Of a DNA stretch of 64,000 nt, positions 1 through 8,686 are shown one piece after another. This stretch comes from Bacteroidota bacterium (GTDB taxonomy: Bacteria > Bacteroidota > Bacteroidia > Bacteroidales > JAAUTT01). A model generated the notes under the pieces. The model saw only the letters and a list, made by a program, of their open reading frames with translations, made no database searches and had not been told where the DNA came from. The stretch lies in NCBI GenBank assembly GCA_020048915.1, contig JAIFLU010000017.1, forward strand, positions 484 to 64,483, read 5' to 3'. Numbering within the stretch: the stretch's first letter is position 1; the number at the start of each line of letters is the position of its first letter. A program made the translations under genes and the position numbers.

Positions 1-234
1 TAGACCATATAGACAGAAAGGAATTTACAAAATGTCCAGTAAATAATCACCAAGTGCAATGTATCAGAAATAACTGCAAGGCGAGACCTAAGTTTACTTG
101 AAACAAAAGGGTTGCTAGTAAGAACTCATGGAGGTGCTGTGAAAGCTGAAAATATTATCGGATTGTTTGATTTTAATAATAAAGCAAGCAATCACTTTGA
201 ACAAAAGCTCGAAAACTGCAAACTAGCTGCACGA
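1..234 (+). pseudogene. DeoR/GlpR-family transcriptional regulator remnant (HTH region), 5'-truncated by the window edge
   Basis: Frame 1 from 43 reads IITKCNVSEITARRDLSLLETKGLLVRTHGGAV...FNNKASNHFEQKLENCKLAA, matching the DeoR HTH pattern VSxxTxRRDLxxLExxGxxxRxHGGA. It is disrupted by TAA at 40-42 and an apparent +1 frameshift near 30 (frame 3 DHIDRKEFT). The sugar-binding domain is absent. Confidence 0.8.
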
Positions 235-1848
235 GGAAGCACCTCATCGCGCGATACATTTAACCTTAATCATGAAATACTGGTATGGCATAAAATTAAG
301 ACAGATAAGCTTGGTAATATTGCCCCATGGTATTCCGACAACGTGGGATATTCATTTGATTTTGCAATTGATAGAGTATTTGATTTTTGGTATACCATGC
401 GTACCGACCTCAACGGCTTACCCTATTACATGAATCACATGATTTGGGCAGAGAATTATACAAACGAACGTGGCCTTGGGGGCGACCAATTGAATATGGC
501 CTTATCATCGTGGCGGCTTTATTATGGATACACAGGCGATAAACGCGTTTTCGAAAACATGAAATTTATAGCTGATTATTACCTCACGCATTCGTTATCA
601 TTACCTACAGATGAGTGGTCTAATATTCCTTACCCATATAACACGCTCATCTATTCGGGTGTTTATGATGGCGATATGATTCTAGGGAAAGGATTTACAC
701 AGCCCGACAAAGCAGGGGCATTTGGATTTGAACTATTACAGATGTACAAGATGACAGAAAACTCCCTGTATCTTGACGCAGCCGTTAACATTGCTAATAC
801 ACTAGCTAAACACACTAAAACGGGCAACAATGAGTATTCACCTCTTCCGTTTAAGGTAAATGCCAGAACTTGAGAATCAGGCATGCTTTTCAATCATGAA
901 ACAGGAGAAAAAGAAGGAGAGTCGGGCTATTCAACCAATTGGACTTATACCCTTGACCTTTTTGAAGAATTAATACAACTCCAAAAGGGCGACACCCTAG
1001 CATACCAAAAGTCATTTGATTTGATCGTGAAATGGTTTACAGCATATCCGCTAAAAACAAACAAATGGGGACCCATGTACGAAGATGTAACAGGTTGGTC
1101 GGATACCCAAAGCACAGCTGTAACTTTTGCATGGTATATGCTTAAGCACACCACTTATTTTCCAAACTGGAAAAAGGATGTTACTGGTATTTTCGATTGG
1201 GTGTATAAGGAATTAGGAAATGATATGTGGAAATCATATGGCGTGACAGTGGTGAACGAGCAAACAGCCTTCCGTTATGAAGGAAACAGCCACACATCGC
1301 GACAGGCATCAGTTGAGTTGTTATATGACAAGTTAAGAGGAGAACATTCGCATTACAACAATGCAGTGCGTCAACTTATTTGGGCTACCTACATGGTAAA
1401 TGAGCGTGGAGAAAACCAATATCCGGTTAACGAAATATGGTTAAGTGACAGTTATGGCGACTACATTAGGCATTATATTAGGGCAATGGCAGTATGTCCA
1501 GAACTTGCCCCTGACAATGAGAATCACCTTCTTGAATCCACATCCGTAATTCAAGATATTGAATATTTTCCGCACTTTAAATTCAATCCATGGGCTATTG
1601 CCGAAAGTGAACAACAACTAATAGCAGGAAAAAATCACTTTACCAGAATATGGTATAAAAGCTATGATAAAAATTCAACAGAGTTATTCCGACTTACAAA
1701 AAAGCCAGTAAGCATTTTGGTAGACACAATTGAAATAGCTGAAAAACAAATACTCGATTCCCAATCATGGACATGGTTACCACTCGAATCTGGCGGCATA
1801 TTGCGCATTAGTCATAATAGCGGTAAAATTATTAGAATTAATTATTAG
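235..1848 (+). pseudogene. Uncharacterised glycosidase-like (probable alpha/alpha barrel) gene 'family X', split by an in-frame TGA and lacking its own 5' end
   Basis: ORFs 112..873 and 883..1848 are in the same frame, separated by one TGA (871-873: AGA ACT TGA GAA TCA GGC ATG). The C-terminal half aligns with 63490..64000 (SHTSRxAS, IWxSDxYxDYIRH, NHLLxSTSxxQxIxY, GGxL). Confidence 0.75.
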
Positions 1849-1874
1849 AATATAATTAATTGGACGCAAAATAA

Positions 1875-1904
1875 AATACCTCGCAGCAGTGCTGACGAGG
1901 TATT
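1875..1904. terminator. Inverted repeat between convergent genes (probable bidirectional terminator or REP-like hairpin)
   Basis: AATACCTCG-CAGCA-G-TGCTG-A-CGAGGTATT forms a long stem with a 1-nt bulge, between the stops at 1848 (+) and 1917 (-). Confidence 0.6.
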
Positions 1905-1916
1905 ACTGAAAATATT

Positions 1917-2285
1917 TTATATTGAATTTAATTCAAAATTTGAACTTGATATTTCAGATTCATTTATTACATATTTATAAAATGTTTTTCCATTAACGGC
2001 ATGCAGGTTAATAGTTGAAGACATTTCCTTTTCCGAATCATTTAAAATAAAGATAGAAATATTATTATTTTCAGGACTCATATAAGCAGCTGTAAATACG
2101 CGTTTGTATTCATCAATTTCGCCGCCTTCAACAGTTAATTTATAGCATATTTGGGTACAAAACGCGAAAGCATTCCCCACATGTAAAAAGGCACATTTTG
2201 AGGGTTTATATTCTCGGTGGGTAAAAACGTATTTTTCTTCATATCCCAGGTATTTACGAACTGCCATTGGCCAATTCCCACGATA
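1917..2285 (-). pseudogene. Frameshifted C-terminal fragment of a GH30-like glycoside hydrolase
   Basis: An alternative frame reads GQWQFVNTWD...PFYMWGMLSRFVPKYA (resembles the GH30 barrel-end motif YxxGxxSRF), then shifts to YKLTVEGG...VFTAAYMSPENNNISIFILND (beta-sandwich). There is no N-terminus or signal peptide. Confidence 0.5.
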
Positions 2286-2291
2286 AAAAAA

Positions 2292-3431
2292 TTACAATTT
2301 AAAAGAAGTAAACAACAAATAAATAATTGCTAATAACAAAACAGCAAAACCAAAAGTTTGATTAGAAGCGTCAGATATAAGTGCCATAATCATTGGCATT
2401 AATGCCCCACCAGCAATACCCATCACCATTAAACCTGAAACTTCGTTGGCACGTTCGGGCAATCTTTTTAGAGCAACTGAAAATATAATTGAAAACACAT
2501 TTGCTATTAATAAACCAACAATGAATATTAAAGCAAATAACATCCACAATTGCGAAACAAAAAGCATAATTATAAAAAGAGGTATGAGAGCAACCATGCT
2601 ATACATAAAGAATTTTTTTGCAGATAATTTTACCAATAACAACGCCCCAACAAATGATCCAACAGTACGTGCAATAAAATACAAACTAATACCCCAACTC
2701 GCATCTTCAAGCGAAATAGAACATTTCTCCATTAAAAATTTAGGGATACTGGTATTTAGGCCAACATCAATACCAACCACAAAAACAATTCCGATAAAAA
2801 GTAAAAGAATTAATTTATCTTGTAACAGTTTAAAACAACCAGCAAATGAAGTTGTAGATTGTGATACCTTTTCTTTTTCAATGGGAGTAAGAAAAAGCCA
2901 AAGCGCAGATAAAATAGTAACTATGGCATAAACGGGAAAAATTAATTTCCATGAACCATAATGCAAAGAGGCATAAGCAGCAATAATAGGACCTAAGAAA
3001 GCTGCAATTGCTTTTACAAATTGACCAAATGTAATACTACTTGCTAATCTATCGCCACTTACAACATTAGATAATAATGGATTTAAAGCAACCTGAATAA
3101 TAGTATTACCAATGCCCAATAAAGAGAAAGCAACAAGAATAGCTACAAAAGAATACGAAATAAATGGTAACAACATAGCGAGTAAAGAAACGAACATACT
3201 TAATAGAACAGTATTTTTACGACCCATTTTATTCATTAGCAAACCCGTTGGCACAGAAAGAATTGCAAACCATAAAAAGAGCATCATGGGCAACAAATTT
3301 GAAATACTGTCGGTAAGTGAAAAATCTTTCTTCACATAATTGGTGGCAATGCCAACCAAATCGACAAAACCCATGATGAAAAACCCAAATAAAACTGGAA
3401 GTAAAGCTACATTGCTCGTTTTCTTTTGCAT
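2292..3431 (-). CDS. MFS sugar:H+ symporter, FucP/GluP-like
   Basis: 379 aa with about 12 hydrophobic segments; motifs MNKMGRK, GNTIIQVALNPL, SGLMVMGIAGGA. Confidence 0.88.
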   Translation of the reverse strand: MQKKTSNVALLPVLFGFFIMGFVDLVGIATNYVKKDFSLTDSISNLLPMMLFLWFAILSVPTGLLMNKMGRKNTVLLSMFVSLLAMLLPFISYSFVAILVAFSLLGIGNTIIQVALNPLLSNVVSGDRLASSITFGQFVKAIAAFLGPIIAAYASLHYGSWKLIFPVYAIVTILSALWLFLTPIEKEKVSQSTTSFAGCFKLLQDKLILLLFIGIVFVVGIDVGLNTSIPKFLMEKCSISLEDASWGISLYFIARTVGSFVGALLLVKLSAKKFFMYSMVALIPLFIIMLFVSQLWMLFALIFIVGLLIANVFSIIFSVALKRLPERANEVSGLMVMGIAGGALMPMIMALISDASNQTFGFAVLLLAIIYLLFTSFKL

Positions 3432-3458
3432 ATTATATTTTTATTAATTATTCTATTG

Positions 3459-3587
3459 TTAATTCGATTGATGCTGACTTTAGGTTTTTAACTGTAACCA
3501 AAGTTTTTCCTTTATTAGAAGCAACCTGTATGGTTGCCAAAAGCTTCCCATTAAAAGCATTCCTGAAATTTGTTTTATACCTGTCAT
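3459..3587 (-). pseudogene. Possible internally deleted gene scar
   Basis: An ATG 3 nt after the upstream stop opens the signal-like MTGIKQISGMLLMGS, joined out of frame to ATIQVASNKGKTLVTVKNLSQHQSN*. Confidence 0.4.
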
Positions 3588-3589
3588 GA

Positions 3590-4891
3590 TTATTTTGATA
3601 ATTTCAGTTTTAAGGTAAACGACTGTGTCATAAAACCGTAATACTCGGGTTTTCGGTTTGTATAATCTCCGGCGAAAAGAATTGTTCCTGAAAGTCCGTC
3701 GGCGCTGAACCATTTAGAAGGCATTTGTCCCAGGTAAGCGGTATGGTTGGCTCCACCCCACGGCATTTCAGTATGAACCACATACCATGGGCCCCACGGG
3801 TTCGGGCTTTCGTAAATCTGCAATTCCGACTGGTAATTCCATTTTTTGAATTCTTCAGGAGAAGCATTTTCATGGTGAGGAACGACATCGCTGTAATTAA
3901 GTAGAAAATATCGTTTTAGTACTTTGTTGTAGCTTATTGTTGGATGTCCGGTATGGTCTATGTCGGTAAAAACAGGTTTTGCTTTTTTTAATTCAGAAGA
4001 CCAAGAAGGCTGGTTATTCTGGCCTGCATCGGCAAAAAACTGCCATGCATTCCGCTGCAGAATGCTGTCGCGGTGAACACGGCCAAGTCTGATGTTATCG
4101 CCTGTAGCCCAACTTCCATCGTTCGAAATGGCATAAACGTATGGATCTAAAGCCTCTGGTGTTTCGGTGTTTCCCTTGCCAAAGGTTAAAAAGGCAGGTG
4201 CGCCAAATTCAGGTTCAAAAAAGCGTGGTGTAGTTTCGTTAGGAATGTTAGTCCAGGTTTTACCAAAATCAACAGATTTAATTATTCCTGCTACGCCGCC
4301 AAGTTTCGAATAGCCATCAATAAAACCCATATTGTAGCCCAAGGTTGAATCTAAGTTGTACCATGAATCGAATAATTTTATGCGGTGATAAAGGGTATCG
4401 TAATTCAATGGTTTTGAAGGAATATCCCAGTCATAGTCATAAATACTTACATATAATACGGAGTCAATAGCCACAGGACCGCATACATAACGCCGTAACA
4501 ATTTATTTGGGATGTGAGCCCTGAAATCGATGGTGTCGAAGTCAGTAGCCGTTTCAACAGTATGGTTTGGCGGAATTCCTGTAACCCGCAATACGTGTGC
4601 GTACCAACCCTTTCCACCAAAATTGGCGCCATCGTCTTCAACGGTATAAATAGCATCATCAATTCCCCATGTCCACCAGTGCATGTCTGAGCCCGAGCCC
4701 GGATAACGGTAGGGTTCCGAAGTCCATTCCAATTTTTCGATGAATTCACTTTGCGGATAGGGCAACTGCCTGTAAAACCCTACTTTTTTCTCCATACAAG
4801 AAGTCAATAGCAATGAGCAAAAAACAAAGTAAATCAAAATATTACTTGTGTTTAATCTAAATATCATGTGATTTTTTTTTCTGTATTCCAT
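3590..4891 (-). CDS. DUF4185-like secreted lipoprotein (putative beta-propeller glycosidase); start may be at 4867
   Basis: Lipobox LLLTSC; YPQS..LEW..EP, GSDMHWWTWGIDD, ISYNKVLKRY, ESPNPWGPW, PSKW. Close paralogue of 62176..63450. Confidence 0.65.
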   Translation of the reverse strand: MEYRKKNHMIFRLNTSNILIYFVFCSLLLTSCMEKKVGFYRQLPYPQSEFIEKLEWTSEPYRYPGSGSDMHWWTWGIDDAIYTVEDDGANFGGKGWYAHVLRVTGIPPNHTVETATDFDTIDFRAHIPNKLLRRYVCGPVAIDSVLYVSIYDYDWDIPSKPLNYDTLYHRIKLFDSWYNLDSTLGYNMGFIDGYSKLGGVAGIIKSVDFGKTWTNIPNETTPRFFEPEFGAPAFLTFGKGNTETPEALDPYVYAISNDGSWATGDNIRLGRVHRDSILQRNAWQFFADAGQNNQPSWSSELKKAKPVFTDIDHTGHPTISYNKVLKRYFLLNYSDVVPHHENASPEEFKKWNYQSELQIYESPNPWGPWYVVHTEMPWGGANHTAYLGQMPSKWFSADGLSGTILFAGDYTNRKPEYYGFMTQSFTLKLKLSK

Positions 4892-4906
4892 ACTGTTTAT
4901 GTTGCT

Positions 4907-5095
4907 TTAATAAATCACTATTTTATCTACTCTAATATTTGTTAGGTTGCAGCCAAAAAGGGATTTTTATATTGCCTTTTTATAGATATTTTTTATAAAT
5001 ATCTGATGAAACTACAAACTGTCAACTATTTGGTCTGTTCACAGGGTATTTATTGTAATGCCATTGCCTTTTAGGTTTTTCAGCAATGGGAAATG
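4907..5095 (-). pseudogene. Possible decayed C-terminal fragment of a beta-helix (GH28-like) gene
   Basis: One frame reads LKNLKGNGITINTL*TDQIVDSL*FHQIFIKNI...TNIRVDKIVIY* with three internal stops. The I/V-x-I-x-N rhythm is typical of beta-helix coils. Confidence 0.3.
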
Positions 5096-5126
5096 GTATC
5101 ATAATAAATATACTATAAATAAAATT

Positions 5127-8100
5127 TTACTTTACCCAATACGTTGATATTTTAACTGGTCCAATTAAACCTGCCTCCCAAAGTTGGTCCTCCGAAGAAT
5201 ATTTTTCCCGCTCGCTATCAGCTTGATAACCTTTTACAGGATATATTGTATATCGGGGCTTGTCGGGGTGCAGATCATCACCAATTATCCGGTTATCCCA
5301 AGTATTAGTGACTTTTATTTCAATGGTATTTTTTCCAGTCTTTAATGCACCGCTAATGTCACAAGAATATGGTGGGAAAATTCTGGTTGCAATTAATTTA
5401 CCGTTGACATGTATTTCAGCAATGTCCTTAACTTTTCCTAAATCAAGAATATACTTCATGTTATTTTCGATATATTTTGAAGGTAGTTCTATAACTTTTG
5501 AATAGCTGGCAGTGCCGGAATAAAATCTGATATTATCAATTTTACTTTTTGTCCAGGAATATAACGTATCGAAAATTACAGTAGAAGGTACAACACCCAT
5601 AGAATCAGAAAAAGTCACATTCCATCGGTCTTTCAAAAGGATATCGGGTTTACTACCCTTAGCTTTAAAACGTGTAACATCACCTCGTGAATCTGTAATT
5701 ACGTAATCTGAATTACGATTGGTTGATATGGAGATTGACTGCTTGGAATTATATACAATTTCAGGATACTCTGTTTGTGTCTGAGCAAAAGGGAACAATA
5801 CCTTATTGTTTTCAAGTATTCTGGTGCAGTAAGTTTGTTTAGGTGCAGACCGAAATACGAACATAACAGATTGGTATGGTTTTAGATTTACAGGAATGCG
5901 TGTTTGTTTGTCTTGGAAACTGAATACGGGAAGAATTGAAATTTCACCTGTTTCGGTATTCCACATTTCAGGCTGCAAACCTTGCATTCTGAAGATTAAT
6001 TCAGCTTGCAAACCCTCATTTTTTTGGTTCGAAACAAAATAGACATGCGATCCTTCAATTTCTTTGTGAATATACAGCAATTCGGGGTTTTGTACCGATG
6101 TAGTATACGTAAAATCGGGTAAGATTTTTTCTTTCGATAATACCTCACCTATTTCCATTCCACTATAAACACGTCCTTTTCCATAAGTATTTAAAGCTGG
6201 AAAATTTTTATTATGATTTTCCCAGATCCTGTCTGCAATTACTTGTAATTGCTTTTCATTCTCACCTAAATCGGTTAAACTATAACATGATTCGGGTTTC
6301 TGACCTATAATAATTCCACCGTTTAATAAAAACTCCTCGATTTTTAGTAATACATTAAGCGACATCTTGTTTGCTTTTGGGAGCACTAACACTTTATATT
6401 TTATCCCATTAGGCAAATTAAAAATTCCATCTTTACAAGTAATTGCGTTTAACATTGTATTTTTATCAAGCATATCACATGTATATCCATGAGGCATAAT
6501 ATGATAGGGAGAGGTTGCGTGGTATGCAAATTCAAAGTCGGTGGGGATATTTTCTCCGGTATAAAAAAGAACATCTGCAATTGTTTGTCCTTTTTGCATA
6601 ACCGACTGTATTTTAGTGAAATAATTATTTAATTCTCCGGCATATTTCCACCATGTAAGTTTTCTACCATAGAATATACCAAAAAGATGCTGCAATCCTG
6701 GATATGATTCATCGGGTTGATGGATGTATTTATGCAATTCTAACTGGTTGATACCTATCGTGAAAGCTTTATCGGCAATAGGTTTTAAAATGGCCGGAGT
6801 AACGCTGAAATCGTTGAATAACGCAGTAAATGCTTCGGTTGGAATAACAGGGTGGTTATTTTGCCGCGAAACGGATATCACATCGTATAACGAGCTAAAA
6901 CCCTTGAAACTAAAATTGCGTTTATCATCTCTGTCAACCCAAATCTCCATAGCTGGAACATCAACCTGTTGACCATATAGCATGGGGTTTGTCTGCATTT
7001 GTTGTTCACCTCCCACCTGGGCTACAAACTTTATCCCATGTTCATTACAAAGAGTATTCAATTTTTTGTAATAATTATCTGCAAGCATCTCTGAGAGTGT
7101 TAATCGCAGATCAAACAAAAATCTTTCACTAACATCAATGTTGTCAACAACTTCGCCTGATAAAACAACAAACCAATCCATCATATTATATCCTCTGCGT
7201 TTTTGAAATTCAGAAGGTAATGATTCAGTCCAGTTTTGCGACAATGCCTCAAAACTATCGTGGAATAATCGGGTTAGAGCAGTGTCACCTGTATTTTTTA
7301 TAGTATCAATCCATTTACCGGCATACCCGTTAAAGAACAATTCTATAGCCTCACTACTTAATTTGTCGCATTCAAGCCCGGTACCTTCTTTGGTTGCAGG
7401 TCCATTTTCTCTTCCCGTAAGTGTATATCCCATTCGTACTATGGTCCAGTTACCGGCAGGTGCATTCCATTGCAGCAAACCGTTTTTATCCATATATTGA
7501 GTTATATCCAATATCTTTTCACGAGGGATACAGTTTTTAACGGGAACATCAAGTGATTCCATACAGCCACGCCTCCGATGCCATACAGCAGCTTTCACTT
7601 CAAAGTCGTTAATTTTTGGCAAATCAGACACATTGGTGGGTGAAAGCATTTCAATTTCAGAAATAAATGCCCAACTGCCATTTCCACTTGCAGGGGTAAA
7701 TTTATTAATCTTTATCCTGTAATATTTAGCTTCTATGGGCCGAAAAGAAAAACTACCCATAATATCGTTTAATTTAAACCTTCCAATGGTAGTATAATTA
7801 ATGCTGTCATTTGAAAATTGAAGTTCACATTCCTGTATTCCGACAGGCGATTCTTTACTTGTATGATAAATATTGATTTGGCTTATTGGGGTTGTCTTTT
7901 TAAATTCAAAATTTATCAATCGTTTTGTATCATCAGTTTTGTATCCAAACATGGTTTCAGAATACCGATCTCCATCAATCAGATGCTGAGGATTAACATT
8001 CCAGCCACCAAAAGTTACCTTAATATTAGCTTTGTTGAATAAATGTAACGAATTATCTATTTGCGGAAAGGCATATACCTTTATATCCTTATAAAAATTC

Positions 8101-8579
8101 AATTTAGTATGTGGTTGTGGAAGACTTGCAACTATTTTTTTTCCTCCAGCAATGTTTATTTTTGATGAACTTAAAAATTTCATAGCATTTTCAGGCAAAA
8201 CCCACGGCCCCCCGCTGGCACCCCAGCCATCGCAAAGCTGAAAACTAAAATCGAGCCCTAACCGATTGCACTCACTCACTGTAAACAAAAATAAGCTATC
8301 CCATTCAGGTGTCCCAAAAGTTATCTCTCCCTTTGGGTAAAATGCACCGAGATTAAAGAATGTAATTCCATTTATACCTTTAGCTGAAATTTCTTCTAAA
8401 TCTTTTGTAATCCCTTCCTTAGAAACATTTCCTCCAATCCACCTCCACCAAACTCTGGGTTGATATTGCTTTGAAGGTTTTTGAAAATCGCTTTGTAATA
8501 GCACTTGAGACTTAGCTATAAATCCGAATACTAATAGCATTAGTATGAGTAGGTTCTTTTTTAAATTAATTGATTGCAT
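5127..8579 (-). CDS. GH106 alpha-L-rhamnosidase-like protein with an inserted F5/8-type C (discoidin/CBM32-like) domain
   Basis: WWRWIGGNVSKEGITKDLE, GWGASGGPW, GLECDKLS, HDSFEA, TEAFT, LDLGKVKDIAE, VTNTWDNRIIGD; insert HLIDGD...AKYYRI...ISEIE. The ATG at 8579 is preferred over the TTG at 8585. Confidence 0.85.
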   Translation of the reverse strand: MQSINLKKNLLILMLLVFGFIAKSQVLLQSDFQKPSKQYQPRVWWRWIGGNVSKEGITKDLEEISAKGINGITFFNLGAFYPKGEITFGTPEWDSLFLFTVSECNRLGLDFSFQLCDGWGASGGPWVLPENAMKFLSSSKINIAGGKKIVASLPQPHTKLNFYKDIKVYAFPQIDNSLHLFNKANIKVTFGGWNVNPQHLIDGDRYSETMFGYKTDDTKRLINFEFKKTTPISQINIYHTSKESPVGIQECELQFSNDSINYTTIGRFKLNDIMGSFSFRPIEAKYYRIKINKFTPASGNGSWAFISEIEMLSPTNVSDLPKINDFEVKAAVWHRRRGCMESLDVPVKNCIPREKILDITQYMDKNGLLQWNAPAGNWTIVRMGYTLTGRENGPATKEGTGLECDKLSSEAIELFFNGYAGKWIDTIKNTGDTALTRLFHDSFEALSQNWTESLPSEFQKRRGYNMMDWFVVLSGEVVDNIDVSERFLFDLRLTLSEMLADNYYKKLNTLCNEHGIKFVAQVGGEQQMQTNPMLYGQQVDVPAMEIWVDRDDKRNFSFKGFSSLYDVISVSRQNNHPVIPTEAFTALFNDFSVTPAILKPIADKAFTIGINQLELHKYIHQPDESYPGLQHLFGIFYGRKLTWWKYAGELNNYFTKIQSVMQKGQTIADVLFYTGENIPTDFEFAYHATSPYHIMPHGYTCDMLDKNTMLNAITCKDGIFNLPNGIKYKVLVLPKANKMSLNVLLKIEEFLLNGGIIIGQKPESCYSLTDLGENEKQLQVIADRIWENHNKNFPALNTYGKGRVYSGMEIGEVLSKEKILPDFTYTTSVQNPELLYIHKEIEGSHVYFVSNQKNEGLQAELIFRMQGLQPEMWNTETGEISILPVFSFQDKQTRIPVNLKPYQSVMFVFRSAPKQTYCTRILENNKVLFPFAQTQTEYPEIVYNSKQSISISTNRNSDYVITDSRGDVTRFKAKGSKPDILLKDRWNVTFSDSMGVVPSTVIFDTLYSWTKSKIDNIRFYSGTASYSKVIELPSKYIENNMKYILDLGKVKDIAEIHVNGKLIATRIFPPYSCDISGALKTGKNTIEIKVTNTWDNRIIGDDLHPDKPRYTIYPVKGYQADSEREKYSSEDQLWEAGLIGPVKISTYWVK

Positions 8580-8589
8580 GTTCAAATAT

Positions 8590-8673
8590 TATAACTTGTT
8601 CTTTTATCGGTCAGATGGAACCGCCAACAACCATCCACCAGAGTGCGAAAGGTTTACTAATGGCTCGTTTCAT
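8590..8673 (-). repeat. About 84-bp diverged direct repeat, copy 1 (contains the 63-nt mini-ORF MKRAISKPFALWWMVVGGSI*)
   Basis: Shares TATAAnTTGTTCTTT, GTCAGATGGAAC, GCCAAC and TCGTTTCAT, in the same order and nearly the same spacing, with 10999..11081. Confidence 0.8.
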
Positions 8674-8686
8674 GTAATTCGTTTTT

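Noticed and set aside
871-873. In-frame TGA read as Gly (genetic code 25) or as selenocysteine
   Set aside because: TGA is used as a normal stop elsewhere (for example 21703, 33607, 49070, 53274), and the same locus has other lesions. A GGA-to-TGA nonsense change or a sequencing error is simpler.
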